DNA of 64,000 nt, from assembly GCA_963543155.1 (NCBI GenBank), contig CAUTZH010000003.1, forward strand, positions 13,628-77,627. Direction: 5' to 3'. Made by a program: the position numbers and the translations under genes. Position 1 is the first letter of the stretch. The number at the start of each line of letters is the position of its first letter. The DNA comes from an uncultured Acholeplasmataceae bacterium (GTDB lineage: Bacteria; Bacillota_I; Bacilli_A; Acholeplasmatales; Acholeplasmataceae). Below the pieces are notes generated by a model that saw only the letters and a program-made list of their open reading frames with translations, was not told where the DNA came from and searched no databases. Positions 37,516 to 46,483 of the stretch are shown one piece after another.

Positions 37516-37645
37516 GATTTTTGCTGTTAATGTATTTTACCATAGTATAGCGTGAGTTTTTTTAGATAAGTAAGCCGTAAAAATCTCAAGACTAATGCTT
37601 TTTAACCTAATTTAAGTGATTTTATCCCTTTTCCCATAATAAGCA

Positions 37646-37676
37646 AAAATCCAGTAGAGTCACTCTACTGGATTTT
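37646..37676 (-). terminator. Terminator closing the SMC-like operon
   Basis: aaaaatccagtagagt-c-actctactggatttt: perfect 15-bp stem, 23 nt after the stop of the 1109-aa gene. Confidence 0.8.
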
Positions 37677-37698
37677 AAGATTAATTCAACAAAAAAAC

Positions 37699-40600
37699 TT
37701 AGTTAAGACTTGGGTTTTCTGTGCTTTCTTCTGCGCTTTGCTCAGCCTCAGGAGTTTCTGCAATTGTTTTAATTAGTGGTTCTTTTTGAAACTCTTTGAC
37801 AAAAGAAAGTTCTTTGTGTTTAACGACTGTCAGCGAAGTTGTAACGTATTGAATGATGTTAGCCACACGTTGTGGAGGAACGGCGATAAACAACTGAATA
37901 GCTAGTGAGTTATAGAAAGTCATCATCGCGCTGATTCTAGATTCATCCATATTGTTAAAAGCCTCGTCAAAAAGAACTAGACAGCCAGATCCTGCACCGC
38001 GGTTTCTTGAAAGCAATTGTTGGAAGGAAGCCGCAATTACGATATAGAAAGGAACTTGGGTCTCTCCACCTGATTTTTCGCGAGAAACTTTTGAAAAAAG
38101 CGAAACTACGTTGTCCTCAGAAGTAATTTCAATGTCGTATTTCATGTAGTTGCGGTAGTCAAGTAATCTTGCCGCAGTTTTTTCCATCGCAGGGTCAGTT
38201 GACGAAATTTGTCTAAATAAGTCATCTAAAATTGTAGTTTGAGTTTTGTTTAAGTTGTCTTGAAAAAGCGTGTTGTTTAACTCGTGGTTGCGAGTAAGTA
38301 GATTGTAGTATCGCTCAAAGTCTGGGTCTTCAGCGGCCTTGTAAATTAGTTTATAGGTATCTTTACCAAAGCGTTTGCCTTGAAGTGCAACATTCAGGTC
38401 ATCAATTTGCTGTTTAGCCTGCTCAATTGAAGAGGCAAGTTTATTTACAAACTCTTCTTTAAAAGTAGTTTCCGCTGAGTCTCTCAGTTCTTTGGCTTTT
38501 TGCTCGTAGACTATTAAGTTATGGTTCTTAATTTCGTTTTGTTCAGCCTCAAAAGCAGTTAAGTTCTCAATTAGCGGTTCTTTTGAAAAACTGTATCTTA
38601 AGCAGTAGTCAGACATTAGTTTTAAAACCATGACGCTTTGTCTTGAAACTGAGTTTGCGAGTTTAGTTTGACTGGTTTCAAGAACTTCAATTATCTTAGT
38701 CGGATCTTCGTGTCGTTTAAGCAGTGCACTGTATTTAGTGTTGGCAGCACTAAGCAGTTCTGGGTTGTTAATCTGAAGTTCTTCCAGTTCTTGTTTATAA
38801 ACCGCTTGAGTTTCTTCAGTTTGGTTGCGGCGAACTTCAACGTCTTGCAGAACTTGCTCAATTCTACCACGGCGAGTAATTAACTCCTCGTGCTGAGTAA
38901 GAATTTGGCTGCGTTCGCTTTCTGCTTTGTCAATTTGGGCCTCAATTTCTTTAATGTCGGTGCCTTTTGCTAGATTTTCTTTTTGAGCCTGTAATTCTTG
39001 GATTTTACCTGTAAAAATCTTGATATTGTCGTTTGCAGAAAAACGGTTTTCTTGAATAATTCGGGCAGCCGCTAGGCGTTCAGCAAGTTGGCGAGTATAA
39101 GTTGTTTCACCAATTTCTTTAGAAATTGTGGCAAGATTTTGAGTTTTTTGCTCAATTTCTCTTAAAATAATTTCTTTTTGTTTAGTGTTACCGGTGATAC
39201 CGATCTGTTTTCTTGCCCAAGATTGTGGGTTTAGTTGAGAGGCGGTGTAGTTTGAGTAAGTCATTCCAAGTGGCTCAACAGAGCGGCTGAAGTTCTTAAG
39301 TTCTTTTGGTGTAGCCACGCAAATTACATTGTTGTAAAGCATGTTAATGTAAGCGCGAGCATAGGTGTGGCTGGTATCAATCTTGCCAGCAAGTGAGTCG
39401 TCAGCAGTTTGGGTTTGTGGGATTTTGCCGGTGTTGACCAAACCTACTCCAAAAATATTTAAAGTAGTTCTAACTTCGTTGTAGACCTCTAGTGCGTCGT
39501 CAAAATACTCAGGGTCAACAATTATGTTGAACTTGTTTCTGCCGATATAACCTTCGGCTACATTTCGCCAAGTTTCATCGTTGACTTCAATTAAGTCACA
39601 AAGTGGACGGAAATTAAACTCACGACGGTATTTTTGGCTGAGTTTTTCATTAATTTTTTCAACTAAAGCCGTAGTTTGTGGTGGATACATCTTGATGTTT
39701 CGCTCAAGATTGTAGTGCTCTTCTTTAAGTTGAGCAATTTCTTTGCGAATTGCTTCAGACTGCTCATTTAGTTTGTAAATACGAGCATTTGCGCCTTCTA
39801 TCAGCAGTTCTTTAAACTCAGCGATAGCCTCTAGGTTTTCTTTGACTTTAGCAATGTCTTTAAAGGCAGTTTGGCTGTGCATTTTGGCGAAATTCTTTAA
39901 AATTTCGTTAGTTTTGATGCGTTTTGCCAGTTCTTGAGTGGTACCAAGTTCTTGAATTAATGAGTTTTCAAGGTCTTTAGCCTTGATTTTCTCAGCCTCA
40001 ATTTGTGTATTGGTACGCTGAATTTCGCGAGAAATTCCGTCTAGAGTTTGAGCAAGTGAGTTAGATCCACGAGCGCGATCTAAGTTCTTAATTGTCTCTT
40101 CTTTGGCCAAAATTTGGGTCTTTAGTTCAGTGATTTGGTCCAAAATTTCTGAAAGCAGAGCAGTATTTTGTTGTTTTTCTAAACTGCATTGCTTAATAAT
40201 TGCTTCTTTTGAATTAAGTTCAGTGATTTTTTTCGTAATGTCGTTGGCAGCGATTTCGTCTTTTTCTGCCTTAATTTCGGCAGAAGAGACACGGATTTTT
40301 TCAAGAGCCTCGATTTTTTCGCGGTCTTTTTTAATTTCTGCCTCTATTTTTTTAAGCTCAGCAACATTGTTTTTAAGCGAAGAAATGTTAACTTGTGTGT
40401 TGTCAAGCAGGAACTCAAAAATGAAACTTTGCAGGTCAATCGGCTTGAAAGCAAGGGCTTTGGGAAGCAGTTTACTGTATTTTAAGCCATCAATTCCAAG
40501 AAATACAGAAAGTGCTTCTTTGTATTGTTTGTTAGTGTCAAATGCTTCAAACTTAATTTGTGCGCTGTCCAGGTAGTCGCGCATTGACTTAAAGTTACGT

Positions 40601-41028
40601 GGACGCTTATCTTCAATGTACATCGCATCGTCAATTCGTGTGTTTTTAATACGGTAAAAACGCTCTTTTAGCGAAGAGCTTTGTGGTAGGTCTATGACTA
40701 CCCCAATAATTGAGTATTTTTCGTCTCTAGTGTCAAAAAACTCAAGAGCAATATGAGTAATTACGTCGCCTGGTCTGATAAACTGCTTGTTTTCACCACC
40801 TAATTTACCGCGAATATAGCCCTCAAGTGTACGTTTAGCCTCAGGGGTTGCCGCGATATTAAAGTGCGCGTTTTGACGGCCTCCAACCAAAACATACTGC
40901 ATGGCGTCTAGTAGTGTTGACTTACCAGAGCCATTTTCTCCACTTAAAAGGATGTTGTCTTTAATGTCTAGAGTGACGTTTTGAAAGGTGTGCCAGTTAA
41001 TAATTTTAATTTTAGTTAACTTCTTCAT
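37699..41028 (-). CDS. SMC-like ATPase, JetC/MksB-like
   Basis: 1109 aa. N-terminal head 'IKIINWHTFQNVTLDIKDNILLSGENGSGKSTLLDAMQYVL' (Walker A). Several hundred aa of coiled coil. C-terminal 'SGGETQVPFY' and 'GCLVLFDEAFNNMDESR' (Walker B). Confidence 0.75.
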   Translation of the reverse strand: MKKLTKIKIINWHTFQNVTLDIKDNILLSGENGSGKSTLLDAMQYVLVGGRQNAHFNIAATPEAKRTLEGYIRGKLGGENKQFIRPGDVITHIALEFFDTRDEKYSIIGVVIDLPQSSSLKERFYRIKNTRIDDAMYIEDKRPRNFKSMRDYLDSAQIKFEAFDTNKQYKEALSVFLGIDGLKYSKLLPKALAFKPIDLQSFIFEFLLDNTQVNISSLKNNVAELKKIEAEIKKDREKIEALEKIRVSSAEIKAEKDEIAANDITKKITELNSKEAIIKQCSLEKQQNTALLSEILDQITELKTQILAKEETIKNLDRARGSNSLAQTLDGISREIQRTNTQIEAEKIKAKDLENSLIQELGTTQELAKRIKTNEILKNFAKMHSQTAFKDIAKVKENLEAIAEFKELLIEGANARIYKLNEQSEAIRKEIAQLKEEHYNLERNIKMYPPQTTALVEKINEKLSQKYRREFNFRPLCDLIEVNDETWRNVAEGYIGRNKFNIIVDPEYFDDALEVYNEVRTTLNIFGVGLVNTGKIPQTQTADDSLAGKIDTSHTYARAYINMLYNNVICVATPKELKNFSRSVEPLGMTYSNYTASQLNPQSWARKQIGITGNTKQKEIILREIEQKTQNLATISKEIGETTYTRQLAERLAAARIIQENRFSANDNIKIFTGKIQELQAQKENLAKGTDIKEIEAQIDKAESERSQILTQHEELITRRGRIEQVLQDVEVRRNQTEETQAVYKQELEELQINNPELLSAANTKYSALLKRHEDPTKIIEVLETSQTKLANSVSRQSVMVLKLMSDYCLRYSFSKEPLIENLTAFEAEQNEIKNHNLIVYEQKAKELRDSAETTFKEEFVNKLASSIEQAKQQIDDLNVALQGKRFGKDTYKLIYKAAEDPDFERYYNLLTRNHELNNTLFQDNLNKTQTTILDDLFRQISSTDPAMEKTAARLLDYRNYMKYDIEITSEDNVVSLFSKVSREKSGGETQVPFYIVIAASFQQLLSRNRGAGSGCLVLFDEAFNNMDESRISAMMTFYNSLAIQLFIAVPPQRVANIIQYVTTSLTVVKHKELSFVKEFQKEPLIKTIAETPEAEQSAEESTENPSLN

Positions 41029-41635
41029 TTACATTACCTGTGTGTTCATCTAAAGCCATCGTTAAGTTCTTTAACTCTTGGATGTTAATTACATATAAAA
41101 TGCTTTTATAGATACGAATTGTTGAACTGTCTGGCAAATCAGGGTCTTTAAAGTCAATTAAGTTATACGATTTAAAGGTCTGTAGTACTGGTCTTAGTTC
41201 TTTTTTTGAAATTCTTTTATCTAAAAACCCAATTCTGGCAAGTTCATCGTGCACTTGCTTTAACTCAATTTCAATATCTTGAGAAATTGTGGCAGTTTCC
41301 AGCGCTCTTTGGAACAAAATTCGCAAAATTAAAAGAACTACAGTGTCGTTTTTCTTAAGTCTTAAGCGGTTGTAGCCAGAGGTGTTTACAATAAAAAGCG
41401 TTTCGGCTTCTCTTTTGATTTCCAAAGAAAAGTCAAGCAGCGCAAGTAGAGCACTGATTACTTCTTTGTTTTCCAAAATAAATAGATAGTCGTTTTTGTC
41501 TGATGCTTTTTGACAAGTTATGAAGTTAACTTGCAGAAGTTTATTGACAACTCTGGTAATTTCATGGCGTTCGCCTTCTTTGAGTTTTTCATATTCTTGC
41601 ATAAATTCTTTTGCTTTAGTTAGTTTTTCTGCCAT
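41012..41635 (-). CDS. Small subunit, JetB/MksE-like (DUF4194-like)
   Basis: 207 aa. Position and size match MukE/MksE/JetB. 'YNRLRLKKNDTVVLLILRILFQ' fits the family pattern as I remember it. 17-nt overlap with the ATPase gene. Confidence 0.55.
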   Translation of the reverse strand: MAEKLTKAKEFMQEYEKLKEGERHEITRVVNKLLQVNFITCQKASDKNDYLFILENKEVISALLALLDFSLEIKREAETLFIVNTSGYNRLRLKKNDTVVLLILRILFQRALETATISQDIEIELKQVHDELARIGFLDKRISKKELRPVLQTFKSYNLIDFKDPDLPDSSTIRIYKSILYVINIQELKNLTMALDEHTGNVNEEVN

Positions 41636-41638
41636 TTT

Positions 41639-43111
41639 TTACCTCTTTTTGTAGATTTTAAAGTCTTTGAAACGAATTCCGTTGATATCTACTTTTTCAT
41701 CACCTAGTTCCACTCGGAAGTGAACTTGACTGGAGTTAGAATACAGAAAAATTAAAATTAACTTAACGTATTCAACTTCGGTTGAAAGCGGCAAGGTTTT
41801 AGCCTGCATTTCAGGGCGTCCCGCTAAGTGAAATTGCACGTATTTATCGATTTCTGTCATTCCAAAATCAGTTTGTTTCAGCATTGATGCTTGAACAAGC
41901 TCGTATTTTTCAAACGGAAACTCAGCGTCTAGTTCCATCTCGGCGGCTTTGGCCTCAGTTCTCAAAACTCGTTCTTTGTAAAGAGACTCGTGGTCTAGGT
42001 TGCGCGCCTGAATTAAGTTAAAGATTTTAGTGGTGTCAATTTCTCGGTTAGGTTCGTTTAAAATTAAGTCAAATGCACGGTTAAAGATACCTTCAATGTC
42101 GTCAGAACGGTTAGTTAAATACAAGAACTTAGCGGTAGTTGCGCCAATATAGCGTTCGTTTCTAATGTCAATTTCCGAAATTAAGTTTTCAAGTGATGTG
42201 AAGTAGTCGCGAATTGCCTGGATTCTGTGCTCTAAGACTTGAAAAGCAAACTCTTTGGTAAACTCAGGTCTTTTTTTAAGTTCAACTAGTTGGTCTGCCA
42301 ACTTTTCCATAATTGGGTCTGAGGTTAAAATATCTCTTAAGTATTTAAGAATATAGACCTTATATTTAGGAATAGACTCAGTGGTTTTAAGTAAGTAGTA
42401 GGACTTGTCAAAGAAGTTATTTTTATAGTCATGTAGTAATTGATCTAGCACTTCATCAACCGAAATTTCTTCTTTGGCGTTAACTAACTTGTAGTAGTAG
42501 TTATAAATGTTGGCACCTAGAGTTTTTAGTTTATCAACTAAACGAGTTGTTCTTTCGTAACACTCGTTTATAGTTGGCAAACCTTGCTCAACTTCAAAGT
42601 TTTTAAGCAAAGTATAAATAGTGTAGATGTCGCTTGTGTATTCGGTTTCGGCAAAAATATCTTCGTCAAACACAAAGTCTTCAACATCTTTTTCAGTTTC
42701 ATCTTCTTCTTGGTTAATTTGAAATTTAAAGGAAGCAATGGCTTCTAAAATTGAAATTGAGTAAGGAAAAAAAGAAATCGCGCGTTTGTAGTCGCCAATG
42801 TCTTCTTCGCCAATCCAACCGCACTTAACTAAGTAATTTAAAGTGATGTTGGCTTTTTTTCTAGGGGTTAAATTTTCGCCTTCTTCTGTGTATTCACTTG
42901 GCAGTTCATCAACTGCAAACACAGCACTCGCTTCGTCTTCAAAATACTGAATTAGTCTGTGGACAATGTCGCTGCGCTCAAGTTGAAATGTTCCTTCAAG
43001 GTGTTTAAATTCATCGTAAATTATGAAAAGTGAGTCTAAATAAATTTGTTTATTTTTACAAGACAGGACATTAAAAAAGGCTGGATTTAAGTAATCAAAA
43101 ATTTTTTTCAT
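41639..43111 (-). CDS. Kleisin-like subunit, JetA/MksF-like
   Basis: 490 aa, acidic, first gene of the operon, 3-nt gap to the next gene. The assignment rests on size, order and composition, not on a clear motif. Confidence 0.5.
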   Translation of the reverse strand: MKKIFDYLNPAFFNVLSCKNKQIYLDSLFIIYDEFKHLEGTFQLERSDIVHRLIQYFEDEASAVFAVDELPSEYTEEGENLTPRKKANITLNYLVKCGWIGEEDIGDYKRAISFFPYSISILEAIASFKFQINQEEDETEKDVEDFVFDEDIFAETEYTSDIYTIYTLLKNFEVEQGLPTINECYERTTRLVDKLKTLGANIYNYYYKLVNAKEEISVDEVLDQLLHDYKNNFFDKSYYLLKTTESIPKYKVYILKYLRDILTSDPIMEKLADQLVELKKRPEFTKEFAFQVLEHRIQAIRDYFTSLENLISEIDIRNERYIGATTAKFLYLTNRSDDIEGIFNRAFDLILNEPNREIDTTKIFNLIQARNLDHESLYKERVLRTEAKAAEMELDAEFPFEKYELVQASMLKQTDFGMTEIDKYVQFHLAGRPEMQAKTLPLSTEVEYVKLILIFLYSNSSQVHFRVELGDEKVDINGIRFKDFKIYKKR

Positions 43112-43127
43112 TTAGTTCCTTTTTTTT

Positions 43128-43170
43128 CGTGTTTGAGTAACTAACACAAACACGCATAGGTATTTTAGCA
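43128..43170 (-). promoter_or_regulatory. Extended -10 (TGcTAAAAT) plus 5'-UTR hairpin of the SMC-like operon
   Basis: Minus strand tgctaaaat (43170-43162). 8-bp stem cgtgtttg/caaacacg (43128-43135 / 43147-43154), then AAGGAA and the ATG. Confidence 0.4.
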
Positions 43171-43452
43171 TATAACTTTTAGATATACAAAAGTAAAAAA
43201 GACATAACCAAAATATAGACAAATGGCTTAGTAAGGCTGTTTGTGTATTTTTCTAAAAATTGCTGACTTTAAGCAACTGATACACCAAAGTTTTGATTTT
43301 TTTATACAAGTGTACTGTGTTTTTTAAAGAAATTTTGCTGAGCAAAACGCCGCCAAAATAAAAAAACAGGTACTTAAAAAAATTTAAAATTATTTTTAAG
43401 TGAGTGCCTGTTTGGTTTTTATAAATTTAGGTAATTTAGTTTAGAGTTTAAA

Positions 43453-43528
43453 TGGCGGTAGCGAAAGGAATTGAACCTTCGACACCAAGTTTAGGAAACT
43501 TGTGCTCTATCCGCTGAGCTACGCTACC
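43453..43528 (-). tRNA. tRNA-Arg (anticodon CCU), CCA encoded
   Basis: Folded by hand: acceptor GGTAGCG/CGCTACC; D arm GCTC-AGCGGATA-GAGC; anticodon arm CAAGT-TTCCTAA-ACTTG; T arm GAAGG-TTCAATT-CCTTT; discriminator G; CCA. 76 nt. Confidence 0.9.
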
Positions 43529-43541
43529 GGCTATTTTTTCC

Positions 43542-44318
43542 CTAAAACTCAGATGCTAAGTTTTGCTCAACTATTTTGATGTTTGCAGCTAAATATCCTT
43601 TTTTAATTAAAGTGAGAGCTGTTTGTTTTTGCAGATTTTTTCTGTCTGAACAAAGCAGTGCGAACTTAGTAAAAACTTTGCGGTAGTCTTGCTCAAGTGA
43701 CTTTTTTTCGTCGTACTTAAGTAAGCGAGCTTTTGTTAAAACCAGGCGTTCTACAAGTTCCGCTGAAAACCCTTTTCTAATAAAATAAGCAATAGTTTTA
43801 GATTTATAAGTTAAAAAGGGTCCGGTGATTTGCGTAAGTTTTTTGTCAATCTGCTTGCTTAAAGTTTTCTCTTCGTCGTACTGAATTTTTAAAAAAGCAT
43901 CTTGGATAATTTTTCTGGCCACTCCTTTTTCAAGAAGCCTGGCCTCGATTATGCGGTTTGAATATTTACTGGATTTTAACTTAATAAAAAGTTCGGTGTA
44001 TCTTTCGTTAGAAACATAGTTTTTGCTTTTCAGTTCTGCAAGCACAGCCTGGGCGCAGTTTTTTGAAAAACCTTTTTTGCCCAAAAAAGCAATAACTTCA
44101 CCTTCAGTTAAATCTGAGCGGTCTAATCTGTGCATGACTTTTTCAAAGGCTAAGTGGAAGTTATTTGCCTCAAGTACTTCTTTAAGTTGCTCTTGATTTG
44201 TAGACAGGTCCGCAAAAAAATCTGGAAAGGCTGTCCAAGTTTTTATGTGAATTTCTTGCTTTGCCTTTGGTGTGATTAAATAAATTTTGGATTTAGTTTT
44301 TTGTAGTTTTAATTCCAT
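43542..44318 (-). CDS. recX: RecX-like regulatory protein
   Basis: 258 aa of repeated three-helix units ('EVIAFLGKKGFSKNCAQAVLAELKSKNYVSNERYTELFI', 'IIEARLLEKGVARKIIQDAF'). Confidence 0.6.
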   Translation of the reverse strand: MELKLQKTKSKIYLITPKAKQEIHIKTWTAFPDFFADLSTNQEQLKEVLEANNFHLAFEKVMHRLDRSDLTEGEVIAFLGKKGFSKNCAQAVLAELKSKNYVSNERYTELFIKLKSSKYSNRIIEARLLEKGVARKIIQDAFLKIQYDEEKTLSKQIDKKLTQITGPFLTYKSKTIAYFIRKGFSAELVERLVLTKARLLKYDEKKSLEQDYRKVFTKFALLCSDRKNLQKQTALTLIKKGYLAANIKIVEQNLASEF

Positions 44319-44402
44319 AATTAAAATAATTTAAAAACCTATCTTTATTATACAAATTTTAATTTTAAAAACTACTGCTTTTTCAGAAAAAAGTTTGTTT
44401 TA

Positions 44403-45392
44403 TTAAAAGTCATGGTTTTTAAAACCAGCACCGATTATATCGCAGTTTTCTTGAATATAACTAAAAGCGTGTGGGTCAAATACAGAAAGCAGTTCACGAA
44501 GAGCGTGAATTTGGGTTTTGTCAATTGTGAAAACTACCATGTTTTTAGCCTTGCCGGAATATCCACCTTTGACTGGAATTAAAGTGTAGGTGCGAGAGAA
44601 ACGTTTAAAGATAGCTGCTTCCAGGGCTTTTGAGTTTTCTGAAATAATGTAGGCAGTAAATGCTTTTTTGGCTCTAAAGGAAAAAAAGTCTATCAGGTAG
44701 CCAATTAAAAATATTGTAAAGAAACCAAAGAAACCAATGTATAGTCTAGTTACTCCGGTCAATATAGAAGAAAGCGCGATTATTCCGTCGGTTGCGTAAA
44801 TTGCCACAGAATATGGAACTTTAGCGTATTTGTGTGCAACTTTTTGAATAACATCAAAACCTCCGGTTGACCCGTTGTTTCTAAAGACAATGTAGAGACC
44901 AAAGGCAGTTAAAAAAGCACCTAGTGCTACGCAAATTAAAATGATAGAAGTTGGTAGTTGCGAAACATTAATTTGGTTGTTTACGATTGCCAGTGTTTTT
45001 TTATCAATTGAATAAAATAGTTTTTCAACAAAGTAAGTCGGTGAGACGGTCAACTCAAAAATTAAAATAAATAAAGGAAGAGTTAGGGAACCTACAATTG
45101 TTTTAAAGAAGTAGAACTTACCAAAAACTACTAACGCCAAAATTAGGGCAAAAATATTGCCAATCCAAAAAGTGTAAGAAGTTTTAAAAACTCCTTTAGT
45201 TAAAGATTCAATTACAATACCAACACCGCCAACTCCACCTGAGACTAACTTTATAGGATTGTAAATAAAGTAAATTGGTAAAGCCGTGATAAAAGTACCC
45301 AACACTACAAAGAAAATTTCTTTTAAGTTTTGGCGTGTAAAAAGTCTTTGCGTTAAAATTCTAAATTGTGAAGTAGTTTGATAGAATTTCAT
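44403..45392 (-). CDS. YitT-family membrane protein (DUF2179 C-terminal domain)
   Basis: 329 aa; 'LVSGGVGGVGIVI', 'STGGFDVI', and a soluble C-terminal ~80 aa. Confidence 0.75.
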   Translation of the reverse strand: MKFYQTTSQFRILTQRLFTRQNLKEIFFVVLGTFITALPIYFIYNPIKLVSGGVGGVGIVIESLTKGVFKTSYTFWIGNIFALILALVVFGKFYFFKTIVGSLTLPLFILIFELTVSPTYFVEKLFYSIDKKTLAIVNNQINVSQLPTSIILICVALGAFLTAFGLYIVFRNNGSTGGFDVIQKVAHKYAKVPYSVAIYATDGIIALSSILTGVTRLYIGFFGFFTIFLIGYLIDFFSFRAKKAFTAYIISENSKALEAAIFKRFSRTYTLIPVKGGYSGKAKNMVVFTIDKTQIHALRELLSVFDPHAFSYIQENCDIIGAGFKNHDF

Positions 45393-46483
45393 CTTTTTCT
45401 ATATTTTAAATACTCCTTTAAAAATGCAGAAATCTCGCCGTTTAAAACTTCATCAGCTTTTGCGGTTTCAAAATTAGTGCGCAAGTCTTTGACTAGTTTG
45501 TATGGATAGAGCACATAACTTCTGATTTGACTACCCCAGGTAGCCTGTAGTTTTTCACCTTGCAGTTTTTGTATATTTTCGGCTTGTTGGGCGATTTTAG
45601 CGGCAATTAGTTTGCCTTTTAAAATGCTTAAAGCGGTTTCTCGGTTTTGAATTTGTGAGCGCTCATTCTGACAAGTTACAACTAAGTTTAAAGGCAGATA
45701 AGTAACTCTGACTGCCGAGTCTGTAGTGTTTACAGACTGACCACCTGCACCAGATGAGCGAAAAACATCGATTTTTAGATCGTTTTTCGCGATTTCTAGG
45801 TCATAATTTTGTTCAATTTCAGGAGTTACTAAAACCGAAGCAAAGGTAGTATGCCTACGTTTGTTTGCATCAAACGGAGAGATTCTAACTAAGCGATGAA
45901 CTCCACTTTCTCCTTTTAAAATGCCGTAAGAATTAGTGCCAGAAATTTTTACAGAAATCGCCTTAAATCCTGTTGTATCGCCCTTTTGTAGGTCTAAGAT
46001 AGTTGTTTTAAAGCCGGCTATTTTGGCGTATTTTAGATACATATTAAAAAGCATTTCAACCCAGTCATTAGACTCAGTTCCACCGCTTCCTTGGTGAATT
46101 TCTAAAATACAGTTTGAGTCGTCGTACTCTTCATTTAAAAAAGTTAAGACTTCAAAGTCAGCGAACTCTTTTTCTAAGATACTAAGTTCTTTTTCTATTT
46201 CATCGCCTGTCTCTGAATCTGCCAGTTCTATAAATTCAACTAAGTCATTTAACTTAGAGTTAAGTGAGTTAAAAGTCTTTAACTTACTTTCTAGTTCTGT
46301 CAGTTGTTTTAAAACAACTTTGGCGTTGTTTTGGTTTTGCCAAAAATTTGTGGCTTCAGTTACTGATTTAAGTTCCTGAATTTGCTTTTCAAGTTCTGTG
46401 GGTTGTACAGTTTTACAAAGTTCTTTTAACTTACTTTCAAGATCAGCAAGTCTGCTTTTAAGTTCTCGATTTTCTATTGCCAC
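45389..46483 (-). CDS. prfB: Peptide chain release factor 2 (single uninterrupted frame)
   Basis: 364 aa, GTG start inside the secA 3' end. 'SPF' ('RISPFDANKRRHTTFA') and 'GGQ' ('SGAGGQSVNTTDSAVR'). Confidence 0.95.
   Translation of the reverse strand: MAIENRELKSRLADLESKLKELCKTVQPTELEKQIQELKSVTEATNFWQNQNNAKVVLKQLTELESKLKTFNSLNSKLNDLVEFIELADSETGDEIEKELSILEKEFADFEVLTFLNEEYDDSNCILEIHQGSGGTESNDWVEMLFNMYLKYAKIAGFKTTILDLQKGDTTGFKAISVKISGTNSYGILKGESGVHRLVRISPFDANKRRHTTFASVLVTPEIEQNYDLEIAKNDLKIDVFRSSGAGGQSVNTTDSAVRVTYLPLNLVVTCQNERSQIQNRETALSILKGKLIAAKIAQQAENIQKLQGEKLQATWGSQIRSYVLYPYKLVKDLRTNFETAKADEVLNGEISAFLKEYLKYRKR

Noticed and set aside
40103-40576. Antisense or shadow ORFs inside long genes: 40103-40576, 50764-51237, 53297-53650, 55752-56147, 11033-11359, 8741-9076, 4512-4802, 24577-24915 and the other short track ORFs
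   Set aside because: Each lies wholly within a well-supported conserved gene on the opposite strand. They have low-complexity S/F/L-rich translations and no RBS, as is typical of shadow ORFs in AT-rich DNA.
37450-43452. Direct repeat of the tRNA-Arg 3' end (attL/attR) delimiting an integrated island around the SMC-like operon
   Set aside because: By eye I could not find a partial copy of ttcaattcctttcgctaccgcca (or its complement) at the distal end, and there is no integrase. The island status therefore remains inference only.
45389-45500. Programmed +1 frameshift site in prfB
   Set aside because: I looked for an early in-frame TGA with a CTT-TGA-C context. The gene is one continuous ORF from its GTG start.
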